This document shows positions 47,294-56,696 of a stretch of 64,000 bases of DNA, one piece after another. The position numbers and the translations under genes are program-made. Source of the stretch: Candidatus Krumholzibacteriia bacterium (GTDB lineage: Bacteria; Krumholzibacteriota; Krumholzibacteriia; JAJRXK01); assembly GCA_041484665.1 (NCBI GenBank), contig JBGPIA010000001.1:832001-896000 (forward strand), given 5' to 3'. The notes beneath the pieces were generated by a model. It had not been told where the DNA came from. It searched no databases and saw only the letters and a list, made by a program, of their open reading frames with translations. The first letter of the stretch is position 1. Each line of letters begins with the position of its first letter.

Positions 47294-47315
47294 TGCTCAA
47301 TGGCGCGCGCCTGCG

Positions 47316-47819
47316 TCAGCGGTCTCGAGGTGGCGACGCCCCGCCCTCGAAGCGATCGTCGGCGATCCTCTGGTCGGAGGCGCTCGCATCCAGCCATCCC
47401 GCACGAGATTGCGGATAGGCGTCGAATGCAGGCACGTACGGCTTGATGTCCAGCAGAGGGGTGCCATCCAGCATGTCGAGGTCCTGGATGTGAAGCGTGT
47501 TCCCCTCGACCGACATGAGTCTCACCGCGGACAGGCCAATGGGATTCGGGCGCGTGGGCGCTCGCGTCGCGAAGAGCCCCCTTTCCACCGTATCGCGGTA
47601 GGGGATCACGCGGCTCTTCCAGGTCTTCGAGCGATTGAAGTAGTACAGCAGCCAGATGCGCTCGAATCCGGCGAGGTCCGCCAGCGCCTCAGCATATGGC
47701 TCGAAAATCGACACCGTGCCACGGGCACCTTGCGCGCAGCCCGGTTGGATCGGAGTGCCTGCCTGCTCACGATGCGGCGTGTGGATGACACCGATGGGAC
47801 GAACCAGAATCTCCTCCAA
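47316..47819 (-). CDS. tsaA: TrmO/TsaA-family SAM-dependent methyltransferase
   Basis: PIGVIHTP, RGLFATRAPTRPNPIGLS, LDMLDGTPLLDIKPY; TTG start after AAGGAG. Confidence 0.9.
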   Translation of the reverse strand: MEEILVRPIGVIHTPHREQAGTPIQPGCAQGARGTVSIFEPYAEALADLAGFERIWLLYYFNRSKTWKSRVIPYRDTVERGLFATRAPTRPNPIGLSAVRLMSVEGNTLHIQDLDMLDGTPLLDIKPYVPAFDAYPQSRAGWLDASASDQRIADDRFEGGASPPRDR

Positions 47820-47861
47820 CAGCGGCTCCTTTGCCTGCCAGGCGCTCGATGCACCGCCCCA

Positions 47862-49076
47862 TCAAAACATGGGTGTCGGGACGCGCCCCCACCCCGTGCC
47901 TGGGCCCAGGGGGCGGATGTCTAGCAGGACGAGGTTGTGGATATCCACGTCGGCAAGGAACTGCGGGACGCGGGTCGTATTGATGCCGAACAGTCTCCCC
48001 GGGGTATGCGCCGCCTGCGGGGCGTCGATGCGCAGGAAGATGAGCCGGCGAACAACACCGCCGGCAGCGGGGCTCGTCGCCGGTGCGCCTCCCATCTCGT
48101 GATGCATCATCATGTGGCCGCCCTGCAGGTGCCGGAAGGGATGGAAAATCCAATCAGCGATCATCGCCAGCGTCTGATGGTGTTCGTAGAGCCGCCACTG
48201 CGGGCCGGTGTCCGCGATCATTCCCTGCATCACGTATTGCTGGGGGACGAGGTAGACGAGAATGGGCCCGGCCTCCTGCTCAAGCCTGGTCTTCACCTGC
48301 GGCAGCTCGAGAACGTCGGTCATCCGGTGTTCCAACATGATCGCGTCGCCCGGCAGAATCGCGATGGCAGTGACCTGCCCCGACGACCACAGGGGTAGCC
48401 GGGCGATCGTGTAGGCACGAAGGGCAAATGCACCCCCCACGACCACAATCACGAGGAGCGCGAAGCCAAGCAGCGGCCGAAGCACCGGCGACTTCGGGAA
48501 CGGCGGCCGATTCACGACCCGCTCCAACCCCAGCGGGAAGAACGCACCCGCCCGGGCCATGTACGACTCGTACTGCTCGCCGAACTTGTCGACCATGCGC
48601 CGCTCCTCGTCCCTGGACAGCAGGTAGTAGAGCCAGACCATGACCGTCCACAGAACGATGGTGAGGAACCGCGGCCAGAGGATGGCCAACCCCAATCCGG
48701 TGAGGCTAAGGGCGAGGTACTGCGGGTGTCGGATCCACCGGTAGAGCCCGCCGAGGGCCGGGCCGCGCCGGAGGAACTTGTGGAAATACACCTGCCCGGC
48801 GCAGGCGAGGAAGACGATCGTTCCGCCGACAACAAGCACCGAGCCTGCCACCCGGATGGCCTTCAGAAAGAGCCCGGGCGGGAGCACCATGTGCGGGAGG
48901 AAGAACGCCGCGAGCCAGCGCGTGGCCGGCCACTGGGCGCAGACGAGGAGAACGGGATTGAAAGCCGCATAGAAGAACGCAGCGAAGGGGCTGATCATGA
49001 TCAACACTTCGAGCGCGATAATGAAATACAGGACGATGACCCCGCCGAAGAGGCCACGCACTTGGCTCACACGCAA
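47862..49076 (-). CDS. ICMT/PEMT-family integral membrane methyltransferase with a His/Met-rich C-terminal domain
   Basis: GLYRWIRHPQY...EERRM..KFGEQY; multiple TMs; HLQGGHMMMHHEM. Confidence 0.8.
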   Translation of the reverse strand: MRVSQVRGLFGGVIVLYFIIALEVLIMISPFAAFFYAAFNPVLLVCAQWPATRWLAAFFLPHMVLPPGLFLKAIRVAGSVLVVGGTIVFLACAGQVYFHKFLRRGPALGGLYRWIRHPQYLALSLTGLGLAILWPRFLTIVLWTVMVWLYYLLSRDEERRMVDKFGEQYESYMARAGAFFPLGLERVVNRPPFPKSPVLRPLLGFALLVIVVVGGAFALRAYTIARLPLWSSGQVTAIAILPGDAIMLEHRMTDVLELPQVKTRLEQEAGPILVYLVPQQYVMQGMIADTGPQWRLYEHHQTLAMIADWIFHPFRHLQGGHMMMHHEMGGAPATSPAAGGVVRRLIFLRIDAPQAAHTPGRLFGINTTRVPQFLADVDIHNLVLLDIRPLGPGTGWGRVPTPMF

Positions 49077-49372
49077 CCTCCTGGTCCTGACACGTGGCTC
49101 CTACTTCCCGTTCTCAGTGGCCTCGGCTCCACGGTCCCCGGCGCCGGCTGGCGGCAACCTAGCGAATCTGCATCCGGGCGCGATTGTACTCCTGCCTTGC
49201 GCCACACGACCGCTCTCGATCTGTGATCCTGCCCCGACGGCTGATGGCCTGCAGAAGCTACCGGACGACTACGGTCGGCGGAGGCGATCGGGTCACGGCA
49301 CAGTACTGGGACAAGACGACATCGAGCGGCCCAAACTGGATCGCCCGCGGCCACCGCGGCTCCAGTCTCCGC

Positions 49373-49413
49373 TTGACACGAACTATCACAGTATTCTATA
49401 GAGTCATTGAATA
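49373..49413 (+). promoter_or_regulatory. Promoter with a putative ArsR/SmtB operator
   Basis: TTGACA at 49373 and TATAGA at 49397; inverted repeat TATTCTAT-N6-ATTGAATA (49392-49413); AT-rich patch. Confidence 0.55.
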
Positions 49414-49436
49414 CAGGAGTTCTAGAAAACGGCGAG

Positions 49437-49835
49437 GTGACGCACGTGCCTTTCGAGAACCCAGAGGTCCGCGGCAGAGCCGCGCGGGCTCTCTTCGAGA
49501 GCCATGCCGAGATGTGCAAGGTCTTCTCGAACCCAATCCGCCTCATGATCTTGAACGTCCTGCGCGAGAAGGAGATGAGCGTCGCTGCGCTCGCGGACGA
49601 GCTCGGCGAGGCCATCGGAACCGTGTCCGCCCATCTCCTGATGATGAAGCGACAGCGAGTGCTCACCTCCCGGAAGCAGGGGAATCAGGTCTTCTACAGC
49701 CTGGCGAATCCGAAACTGCTACGCGCCTTCGACCTGATTCGGGAGATCCTGCGGGAGCAGATGCAACGGGAGGGGCGGCTCGCCGAGGGAATGACTCCGG
49801 CCAGACGGGTCAGGAAACGAGGCGGCAGACCATAG
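49437..49835 (+). CDS. ArsR/SmtB-family transcriptional regulator (start uncertain)
   Basis: AEMCKVFSNPIRLMIL, VSAHL, SRKQGNQVFYSL. Confidence 0.9.
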   Translation: MTHVPFENPEVRGRAARALFESHAEMCKVFSNPIRLMILNVLREKEMSVAALADELGEAIGTVSAHLLMMKRQRVLTSRKQGNQVFYSLANPKLLRAFDLIREILREQMQREGRLAEGMTPARRVRKRGGRP

Positions 49836-49869
49836 TGCCTGCCTCGCGTGCCACTACCGAGGAGTCGAC

Positions 49870-52185
49870 ATGTCGGAACGGCGGACCACCTGGCTGACGC
49901 GGTTTTCCATGCGACACCCCAGGCTCGTCGTCGCACTCGCAGCCGCCGTCACGGCTGCCTTCGCGTCCCAGCTCGCGAAGATCACGACCGACACTGATCC
50001 CAAGCACATGCTGCCCGCGACCTCCCCGGTCCGCCAGTACAACGACCGCGTCGAGAAGGACTTCGCGTTGCACCCGGACGTTATCGTGCTCGGCATCGTC
50101 AACGACCGGGGGATCGTCAACCGGACGACCCTCGCTCGCATCGTCCGGCTCACTCAGGCGATCGAGGAGATCCCCGGCGTGGTCACCCGCGACGTGGTGA
50201 GCCTCTCAACCGTCGACAATGTCACGTCCGGGTCCGGCAATCTCGACGTCCGCCCCGTGCTCGAGGCGGTGCCCGAGTCCGACACTCAGCTCGAAGGGCT
50301 CCGGCGGAGCCTGGCCGAGAACCCGCTCTTCGTCAACCGCATCGTGTCCGCGGACGGCTCGGCGACGGCAATCTACGTCCCCATAGAGCCGACGGCCAAC
50401 GGGAAGGAAATCGCCGCGAAGATTCGCGGCCACTTCCCCGGGGACCCCGGCGACGACCGCTACTTCCTTGCTGGTGACCCTGTGGCGCGGGACACCTTCG
50501 GCGCCGAGATGTTCCGGCAGATGGCCGTCTTCGCGCCGATCGCAGGTCTCGTGATGAGCATCGCGCTCTGGCTCATGTTCCACAGCATCCCCCTGATCGC
50601 GGCCAACATGGCCGTCGCCATGGCGAGCATCACCTGGTCCATGGGCCTGCTCGTCGGGCTCGGGTACCCGGTCCACATCATGAGCTCCATGAGCCCGATC
50701 TTCCTCATGGCCATTGCCACCGACAGCGTCCACATCTTCAACGAGTTCGCCTTCCGCTTCCGTGAGCAGCCGGACAAGCGCCAGGCGGTCATCGATACCA
50801 TGGCCGCCGTCGGGCGCCCCGTGCTCTACTCCGATCTCACGACCGCTACCGGATTCGCCGCCCTGGCCACAGCCACGATCGTCCCGGTCAAGATCTTCGG
50901 GCTCGTGGTGGCCTTCGGCACCCTCGTCATTCTCCTGCTGAGCTTCACGCTCGTACCCGCGGTCCTCGTGTTGCTCAACGAGAGCCAACTCCGTTCACTG
51001 ACACGCTCCCAGCACGCTGCCAGCGTCGCAGGCAGGACCGCTTTGTGGCGCCTGGGGGAGTTCTGCGTACGGAAGGCACGGGGTATCGCCCTCGCCGGTG
51101 CCATCCTCCTGGTCATCGCCGCAGTCGGGCTCTCGCGCATCAAGGTCAACAACAACATGGTGCACTGGTTCAAGTTTGGAAGCGACGTGCGCACGGCCGA
51201 TCGAGTCCTGAACGCGCGCCTCGGTGGCACCTCCACGGCCTACCTGATCGTCGAGGGACCAGCGGAAGATGCCATGAAGGACCCGTCCATGCTGCGCACG
51301 ATCGAGGGGTTGCAGCGGGAGCTCGAGCGGGATTCCAAGGTGGGTAAGAGCTTCTCGATCGTGGACTATCTGAAGCGCGTCAACCGCGCGCTCCACGAGG
51401 ACGATCCCGCCTTCGACCGCATCCCGGACTCGGCCGACGAGGTGGGGCAGTACTTGTTCCTCCTCGGAACAGCCGCCAGGCCTCGCGATCTCGACAACGT
51501 CGTGGACTACCCCTTCCAGAGGGCCAACGTCCATCTCCAGCTCAAGAGCTGGGACGCGGGCGTCATGGCGGACGTTCTCCGGAGCGCGGAGGCCTACATC
51601 GCGGGACACCCCTTTCCGAGCGGTACGACGCTCCGACCGGCCGGCATCGCCTACTTCAACCTCGTGTGGAGCGGCGAGGTCTTGCGGGGAATGCTCTTGA
51701 GCTTCCTGGCGGGCCTCGGGCTCGTCCTCGTCCTCCTCGTGGCGCAGACGGGCTCGCTCCGCTGGGGCGTTCTGATGTTCGTGCCCCTCCTCTTCACGAT
51801 CGTGCTGATCTATGGAGCGGTCGGGCTCGCCGGCAAGGACTTCGATATGCCGATCGCCGTGCTCTCGACGCTGTCCCTGGGAATGGCCATCGATTTCGCC
51901 ATCCACTTCGTCGCTCGCTTCCAACAGCGCCACCGGGAGGGCGCTTCGCTCCACGAGGCCCTTGCCTGGACGGTGGCGCGACCCGGCAAGGGGATCCTGC
52001 TGAACGCGATCCTGTTCGCCCTCGGCTTCGCGGTCATGGTGTTCGCCGATCTGACGCCGTACATCACAGTCGGGGTACTCATGATCGCCATCATGCTGCT
52101 CTCCGCGCTGGCGAGCGTCGTCTACCTCCCCGGTCTGATCCTTCTCGTGAACCCCAAGCTGAGGAAAGGAAACCAGAATGCGTAG
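49870..52185 (+). CDS. MMPL/RND-family transporter
   Basis: Duplicated RND halves (AIATDSVH; LGMAIDFAIHF) with large periplasmic loops. Confidence 0.9.
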   Translation: MSERRTTWLTRFSMRHPRLVVALAAAVTAAFASQLAKITTDTDPKHMLPATSPVRQYNDRVEKDFALHPDVIVLGIVNDRGIVNRTTLARIVRLTQAIEEIPGVVTRDVVSLSTVDNVTSGSGNLDVRPVLEAVPESDTQLEGLRRSLAENPLFVNRIVSADGSATAIYVPIEPTANGKEIAAKIRGHFPGDPGDDRYFLAGDPVARDTFGAEMFRQMAVFAPIAGLVMSIALWLMFHSIPLIAANMAVAMASITWSMGLLVGLGYPVHIMSSMSPIFLMAIATDSVHIFNEFAFRFREQPDKRQAVIDTMAAVGRPVLYSDLTTATGFAALATATIVPVKIFGLVVAFGTLVILLLSFTLVPAVLVLLNESQLRSLTRSQHAASVAGRTALWRLGEFCVRKARGIALAGAILLVIAAVGLSRIKVNNNMVHWFKFGSDVRTADRVLNARLGGTSTAYLIVEGPAEDAMKDPSMLRTIEGLQRELERDSKVGKSFSIVDYLKRVNRALHEDDPAFDRIPDSADEVGQYLFLLGTAARPRDLDNVVDYPFQRANVHLQLKSWDAGVMADVLRSAEAYIAGHPFPSGTTLRPAGIAYFNLVWSGEVLRGMLLSFLAGLGLVLVLLVAQTGSLRWGVLMFVPLLFTIVLIYGAVGLAGKDFDMPIAVLSTLSLGMAIDFAIHFVARFQQRHREGASLHEALAWTVARPGKGILLNAILFALGFAVMVFADLTPYITVGVLMIAIMLLSALASVVYLPGLILLVNPKLRKGNQNA

Positions 52186-52822
52186 ACCGTCCCTTCGTTT
52201 CTGCGCGCTCCTCGGCGTTTTCGTCCCGGTCGCTCTCTCAACGGTCGCGGTGTGGGTCGCCTTCGGCTATCCGCCCGCCGTGGGCATCCTGAGCTCATCG
52301 CGGAACTGCCTCGCGTGCCACGTCGACAACGGCCCGTGGAAGGAGCAGGCGAGCCTGATCCTCGATGTGCTCGACAAGGAGAGCGGGAAGTCCCTGAAGC
52401 AAGCCGACGGCACATTCCTCATCGCAGCCAAGCGCGGCGAGGCTAGGACCGTGCTGACGGTGATCGGCTGGCACTCCGGCTCGCGGGAGGAGGCGCCGTA
52501 TCGCACCGCGTGGTTGTACGTCGATCCCGCGCGCATCGGGGATGCGTCCTCGCTAAGCAAGTTTGCCCCAGGTTGGTCAGTGAACCTGCCGATGGCGTGC
52601 CGCCTGGTGGGCGACGCCTCCGAGGCCTACCCCGGAGCGCGTGTCACGGTGCTCCCGATGACCATCCGCCCGGGCGACGACGCAGGGGGCGCACAGCTCG
52701 AGCTCCAGGTCATGCTCACGAAGGGGGAAACCGTGAAGGGAAAGCCCCGCGAGGGTATGATCGGCACCTACTTCGAACGTGCCGTGAGGCTCGCGGTCAC
52801 TGCGAAACCGGAGGCACGATGA
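52178..52822 (+). CDS. Secreted single-CxxCH (c-type heme) protein
   Basis: Signal peptide followed by NCLACH; overlaps both neighbours. Confidence 0.7.
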   Translation: MRRPSLRFCALLGVFVPVALSTVAVWVAFGYPPAVGILSSSRNCLACHVDNGPWKEQASLILDVLDKESGKSLKQADGTFLIAAKRGEARTVLTVIGWHSGSREEAPYRTAWLYVDPARIGDASSLSKFAPGWSVNLPMACRLVGDASEAYPGARVTVLPMTIRPGDDAGGAQLELQVMLTKGETVKGKPREGMIGTYFERAVRLAVTAKPEAR

Positions 52823-53655
52823 TGTTGCACACGAGACAGCTGGGCGTGGCAGCGATCCTGATCGGGCTCGCTGCCGGCCGTTCCCCCGCTCAGCAGGACG
52901 CGCCCCCGAGCGCGCTCGCGATCCTGGAGAGGTCGCAGCAGGCCTTCTACTCCGAGGGAGCGGACATGCGGGCCAGGGTCAGCATGGACCTCGTCACGGA
53001 ATCGGGGCAGAAGCGCACGCGGGTGTTGACGATGCTCCGGCGAAACGAGCCGTCGGGCGGGACCCAGAAGTACTTCCTATACTTCCACGAGCCGGGCGAC
53101 GTGCGCCGGACGGCGTTTCTCGTCTGGAAATACCCCGAGAAGGACGACGATCGGTGGATCTTCATCCCCGCAGTGAACATGGTCCGACGGGTGGCTGCTC
53201 GCGACAGCCGCTCGAGCTTCGTGGGCTCGGACTTCACCTACGAGGACATCTCCGGCCGCGATCTCTCCGCCGACATCCACACGCTGCTGCGCGAGGAGAA
53301 GCTGGGTGACGCGGACTGCTGGGTCCTGCAGAGCGTGCCGAAGGCCGCCACCGACTACACGAGGAAGCTGGCTTGGATCGACAAAGCCACCCTCCTCCCG
53401 CTCCAGGAGGAGTACTACGACGCGCAGAACAAACTCGCCCGGGTCTTCACGGCAGACAAGATCGAGGTCGTGACAACGGGCGAAGGAGCTGCCCGGAAGG
53501 CCTATCCAACGGTGACGCAGCGGACCATGAAGAACGTCCAGAGCGCGCACCGCACCGAGGTGAGGTTCGCGAAAGTCGCCTACGACGTGGGCCTGGACGA
53601 GGCCGTCTTCACCGAGCGCTCGCTGCAGACCCCTCCGCAGAAGTGGATACAGTGA
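52819..53655 (+). CDS. Outer membrane lipoprotein-sorting (LolA-like) protein
   Basis: FHEPGDVRRTAFL, DDRWIFIPAVNMVRRVA, SFVGSDFTYED; ATGA overlap. Confidence 0.88.
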   Translation: MMLHTRQLGVAAILIGLAAGRSPAQQDAPPSALAILERSQQAFYSEGADMRARVSMDLVTESGQKRTRVLTMLRRNEPSGGTQKYFLYFHEPGDVRRTAFLVWKYPEKDDDRWIFIPAVNMVRRVAARDSRSSFVGSDFTYEDISGRDLSADIHTLLREEKLGDADCWVLQSVPKAATDYTRKLAWIDKATLLPLQEEYYDAQNKLARVFTADKIEVVTTGEGAARKAYPTVTQRTMKNVQSAHRTEVRFAKVAYDVGLDEAVFTERSLQTPPQKWIQ

Positions 53656-54945
53656 ATGCGTGTTGCAGCTCTGTCGCTAGCGACGCTTCTCAGCCTGTCG
53701 GCGCCCGCTCTCACGGTGAAGGCACAGGAGGGCGGCGCAACGCCGCTCCGGAGCCCCGTCGAAGTGCACGGTTTCCTGCTCGGCACGGTGACCGGGCGCA
53801 CGACGGGCCTCCGGCCAGCGCGCGGCGATGGGAGCGACTTCGTCCTCGTCGAGGAGCGGCTGCGCTTCGACGTCGGTAGGGCGACGAGCGCTGGCGCAGG
53901 CCTGTTCCTCGTCAAGGGGGACCTCTTCCACGACGCGGGCGCGGACCGGTTCGACGTCGATCTCCGCGAGGCCTGGGTCGGCTACACTGCGGGGCCGCTC
54001 GACCTCCGTCTCGGACGCCAGATCGTCACCTGGGGCGTCGGGGACCTCGTCTTCATCAGCGACGTGTTCCCGAAGGACTGGGAGTCCTTCTTCTCGGGAC
54101 GGCCGCTCGAGTACCTGAAGCTGGGGGTGGACGGACTCCGGGCGCGCTGTTCGTCGCAGACGCTGAACGGTGAGCTGCTGATCGTTCCGTTCTTCACGCC
54201 CGACGCGTTGCCCTCGGCATCGCGGTTCTTCTTCTTCGACCCGTTCGCATCAGTGCCAGATCAGCGCGAGCTGCGCCCACCGCGCCGCTATTCGAACGCA
54301 GAGCTCGCGCTCCGGCTCTACGGCCTTGCGGCCGGCTTCGACCTCTCGCTGTACGCCTACCGGGGATTCTGGCGCACGCCGAGCGCGCGACTCGACAGCG
54401 GCGCGGACCCAGCCGCGGTAGTACGCTTCTACCCTCGCCTCTCTGCGTATGCCACCAGCGCGCAGCGCAGCTTTCTCGAGGGCGTGCTGAGTCTCGAAGG
54501 GGGTCACTACGACTCGAGAGAGGATCGGCAGGGTACCAATCCGTCGGTCCCGAACTCGCAGTGGCGCTTCCTGGCGGGCTACCAGCGCCAGCTACGGCCG
54601 GATCTCACCGCGGGCATTCAGGCGTACGCGGAGCTCATGGGCCGGCACGACGCCTATCTCGAGGCCCTTGCGGCCGGGAGCCCGAGCGCGGACAGGATTC
54701 GCTGGGTGCTCACGGCCCGCGTGATGCAGCTGCTGGACTACCAAGCCTGGAAGCTGGGCATCTTCGCGGCCTACAGCCCTACTGATGAGGACTACCTGCT
54801 CCAGCCCGAGGTCTCCCACCGGCTGAGCGACGAGCTCGCCGTGTCCCTGGGAGCGAATGTGTTCGGCGGGACGAGCGAGACGACCTTTTTCGGCCAGTTC
54901 GAGAAGAGCGACAACGTCTACATCGGCGCGCGATTCGACTTCTGA
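53656..54945 (+). CDS. Outer membrane beta-barrel protein (DUF1302-like)
   Basis: Signal peptide; LREAWV..DLRLGRQIVTWG; FFGQFEKSDNVY; C-terminal ARFDF. Confidence 0.8.
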   Translation: MRVAALSLATLLSLSAPALTVKAQEGGATPLRSPVEVHGFLLGTVTGRTTGLRPARGDGSDFVLVEERLRFDVGRATSAGAGLFLVKGDLFHDAGADRFDVDLREAWVGYTAGPLDLRLGRQIVTWGVGDLVFISDVFPKDWESFFSGRPLEYLKLGVDGLRARCSSQTLNGELLIVPFFTPDALPSASRFFFFDPFASVPDQRELRPPRRYSNAELALRLYGLAAGFDLSLYAYRGFWRTPSARLDSGADPAAVVRFYPRLSAYATSAQRSFLEGVLSLEGGHYDSREDRQGTNPSVPNSQWRFLAGYQRQLRPDLTAGIQAYAELMGRHDAYLEALAAGSPSADRIRWVLTARVMQLLDYQAWKLGIFAAYSPTDEDYLLQPEVSHRLSDELAVSLGANVFGGTSETTFFGQFEKSDNVYIGARFDF

Positions 54946-54971
54946 GTCAAGCGCGAGCACGCTCATCGTGA

Positions 54972-55292
54972 GAGCGGCGCGGCACCAACCCGTTGCAGTA
55001 CCGGTTTGGCAATCAGGTGGTCACGAATCTCGGAGCCGAGTTAGTCGTCTCGCGGCGCGTCGCGGTCTCGCTGCAAGCAGTCGGCCGGTTCACCGCGTGG
55101 GATCGGTTCCGCGGACAGGACGTGCCGAGCACCGGCGAGACGTTTCTGGACGTCAGCCCCGGGGTCTCGTTGCGCAGCGGCCAAGGCACCACCGTGTACG
55201 CCCACGTGGAGCTGCCAGTCTACGAGCGTGTGAACGAGACCAACCTCGCTCCAAGGTGGGGATTGCTCCTAGGGATCTCGGGCCGGCTCTGA
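54972..55292 (+). pseudogene. C-terminal fragment of an outer membrane beta-barrel/transporter
   Basis: YRFGNQ...STGETFLDVSPG...VELPVYERVN...GISGRL; in-frame TGA at 54969; no signal peptide. Confidence 0.55.
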
Positions 55293-55452
55293 ACCGGTAC
55301 AGGGCCCGCGAGGTCCACAGGGGCCACCGTGCCCCCCTCAAAGCGGCCGGCCAGACTGCGCGCGCCAAGTCGAGGCACAGGAGGAGAGGAGCTGCGGGGT
55401 GCACTTCGGGGTGGCGTGAAACCTGTGAGAGGCAGCACGCCACCGGCACGCT

Positions 55453-56094
55453 TCAAAGGGCTGGGCCGACGTGGTAGACGAACAGTCGGAAGCGGATCCC
55501 CTCGTGGCTGACAAGCTCGAGAGGGTCACGCGCCCAGACGAACGGCACGGGGCCACTCTCGGTCGACAACACTCGGCCGCGGCGACCACCATCATCGAAG
55601 AGGGCTGCGGCGTTCTCCGGGTCACGTGCGTGTGCGTAATCAGAAACCAGCTTGGACCTGCTCCCAGGGTACTGCTGCACCTGCGACAAGCAGATCAGGT
55701 ACCGCTCCGCTCGAGGGTTCGCGATCCAGGCCAGCTTTGCGAAGTCGTTCAGGAGTTCGTGGTAGTCGTTGTCGGTGTAGTTCCCCCTGCCGATCTCGCG
55801 GCGCCCATCCTTGGCCTTGATGATCGTCTTCCAGAACTTGAACTGGAAGAAGTGCGGGACCCCATCGACCACACAGTACAGGTCCACCGACCTGCGGGCG
55901 GGTACGCCATCGCCGAGCTTCTCCAGCTGCAGGTGCTCGGCTTGTCCGTAAAACACGGGGTCGCACGCGAGAACGATCTCAGCGAGGGTCCTGCGGAAGT
56001 CGTGCTCAAGTAGAAGCCAGGCAGGAACACACGCCAGCAGGCGCTCAGACGCGGTTTCGAATTGCGAAAAGCAGGCCGGGAGAGTGGCTGCCAT
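55453..56094 (-). CDS. Hypothetical protein, possible PD-(D/E)XK-like nuclease
   Basis: AGGAGG RBS; E..F, LE, SVDL-x10-QFK pattern. Confidence 0.5.
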   Translation of the reverse strand: MAATLPACFSQFETASERLLACVPAWLLLEHDFRRTLAEIVLACDPVFYGQAEHLQLEKLGDGVPARRSVDLYCVVDGVPHFFQFKFWKTIIKAKDGRREIGRGNYTDNDYHELLNDFAKLAWIANPRAERYLICLSQVQQYPGSRSKLVSDYAHARDPENAAALFDDGGRRGRVLSTESGPVPFVWARDPLELVSHEGIRFRLFVYHVGPAL

Positions 56095-56099
56095 GTCAT

Positions 56100-56579
56100 C
56101 TATCCTCCTGAGCTGGGCTTGCGATCGCCTTCCAGGGACAGCCCCGAATCTCGCTGCTCGGCCTCGTAGGCTACTCGCTCCTGCTCCGTGAGACCCGTCG
56201 TGCAGGCGAAGAAGACTGCGCGGTAGAACAGCAGCCACCAAATCGAACAGGTGGGTCGCTCGCTGGGTGACACCCACGAATAGCGGAAGGTATCTACGCC
56301 TCGCCACCCATGGCTCGCGTGCTCCAAAGCGCTTTCCAGCATCGTGCGCGGTTTGGACCACACGCGCACCGACACGTCGTGCGGGAGCGGCGCTCCAAAG
56401 TGGTGGTAGTACAGACCGCGCATGATGCGCTCCACTACGTGGACGAGGCGCTTCTTGTCCCCGGTGTAGCCCAGCACCTGTCCGAGATACAGGCCCGACG
56501 GGCTACGGAAAGTGATGCGGTAGGCGGACGAGCGGATGTGGGCCCACAAGCCAGGACTGCGCCGCTTGGAGCGCACCAC
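56100..56579 (-). pseudogene. 5'-truncated hypothetical gene (resembles C-terminal regions of HNH-domain proteins)
   Basis: RIMRGLYYHHFG...FRYSW...WWLLFY; no recognisable N-terminal domain or RBS. Confidence 0.4.
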
Positions 56580-56696
56580 CTGTTCATCCCAGACACGCCG
56601 CGCGGCTTGGTGCTCCTGGGCCTCTCCGAGGAAGCCGGGACGGCTGCTACGAGATCTACCACCCCGTTCCTGCGGCCCTCTGCTGTCGCCGCACCA

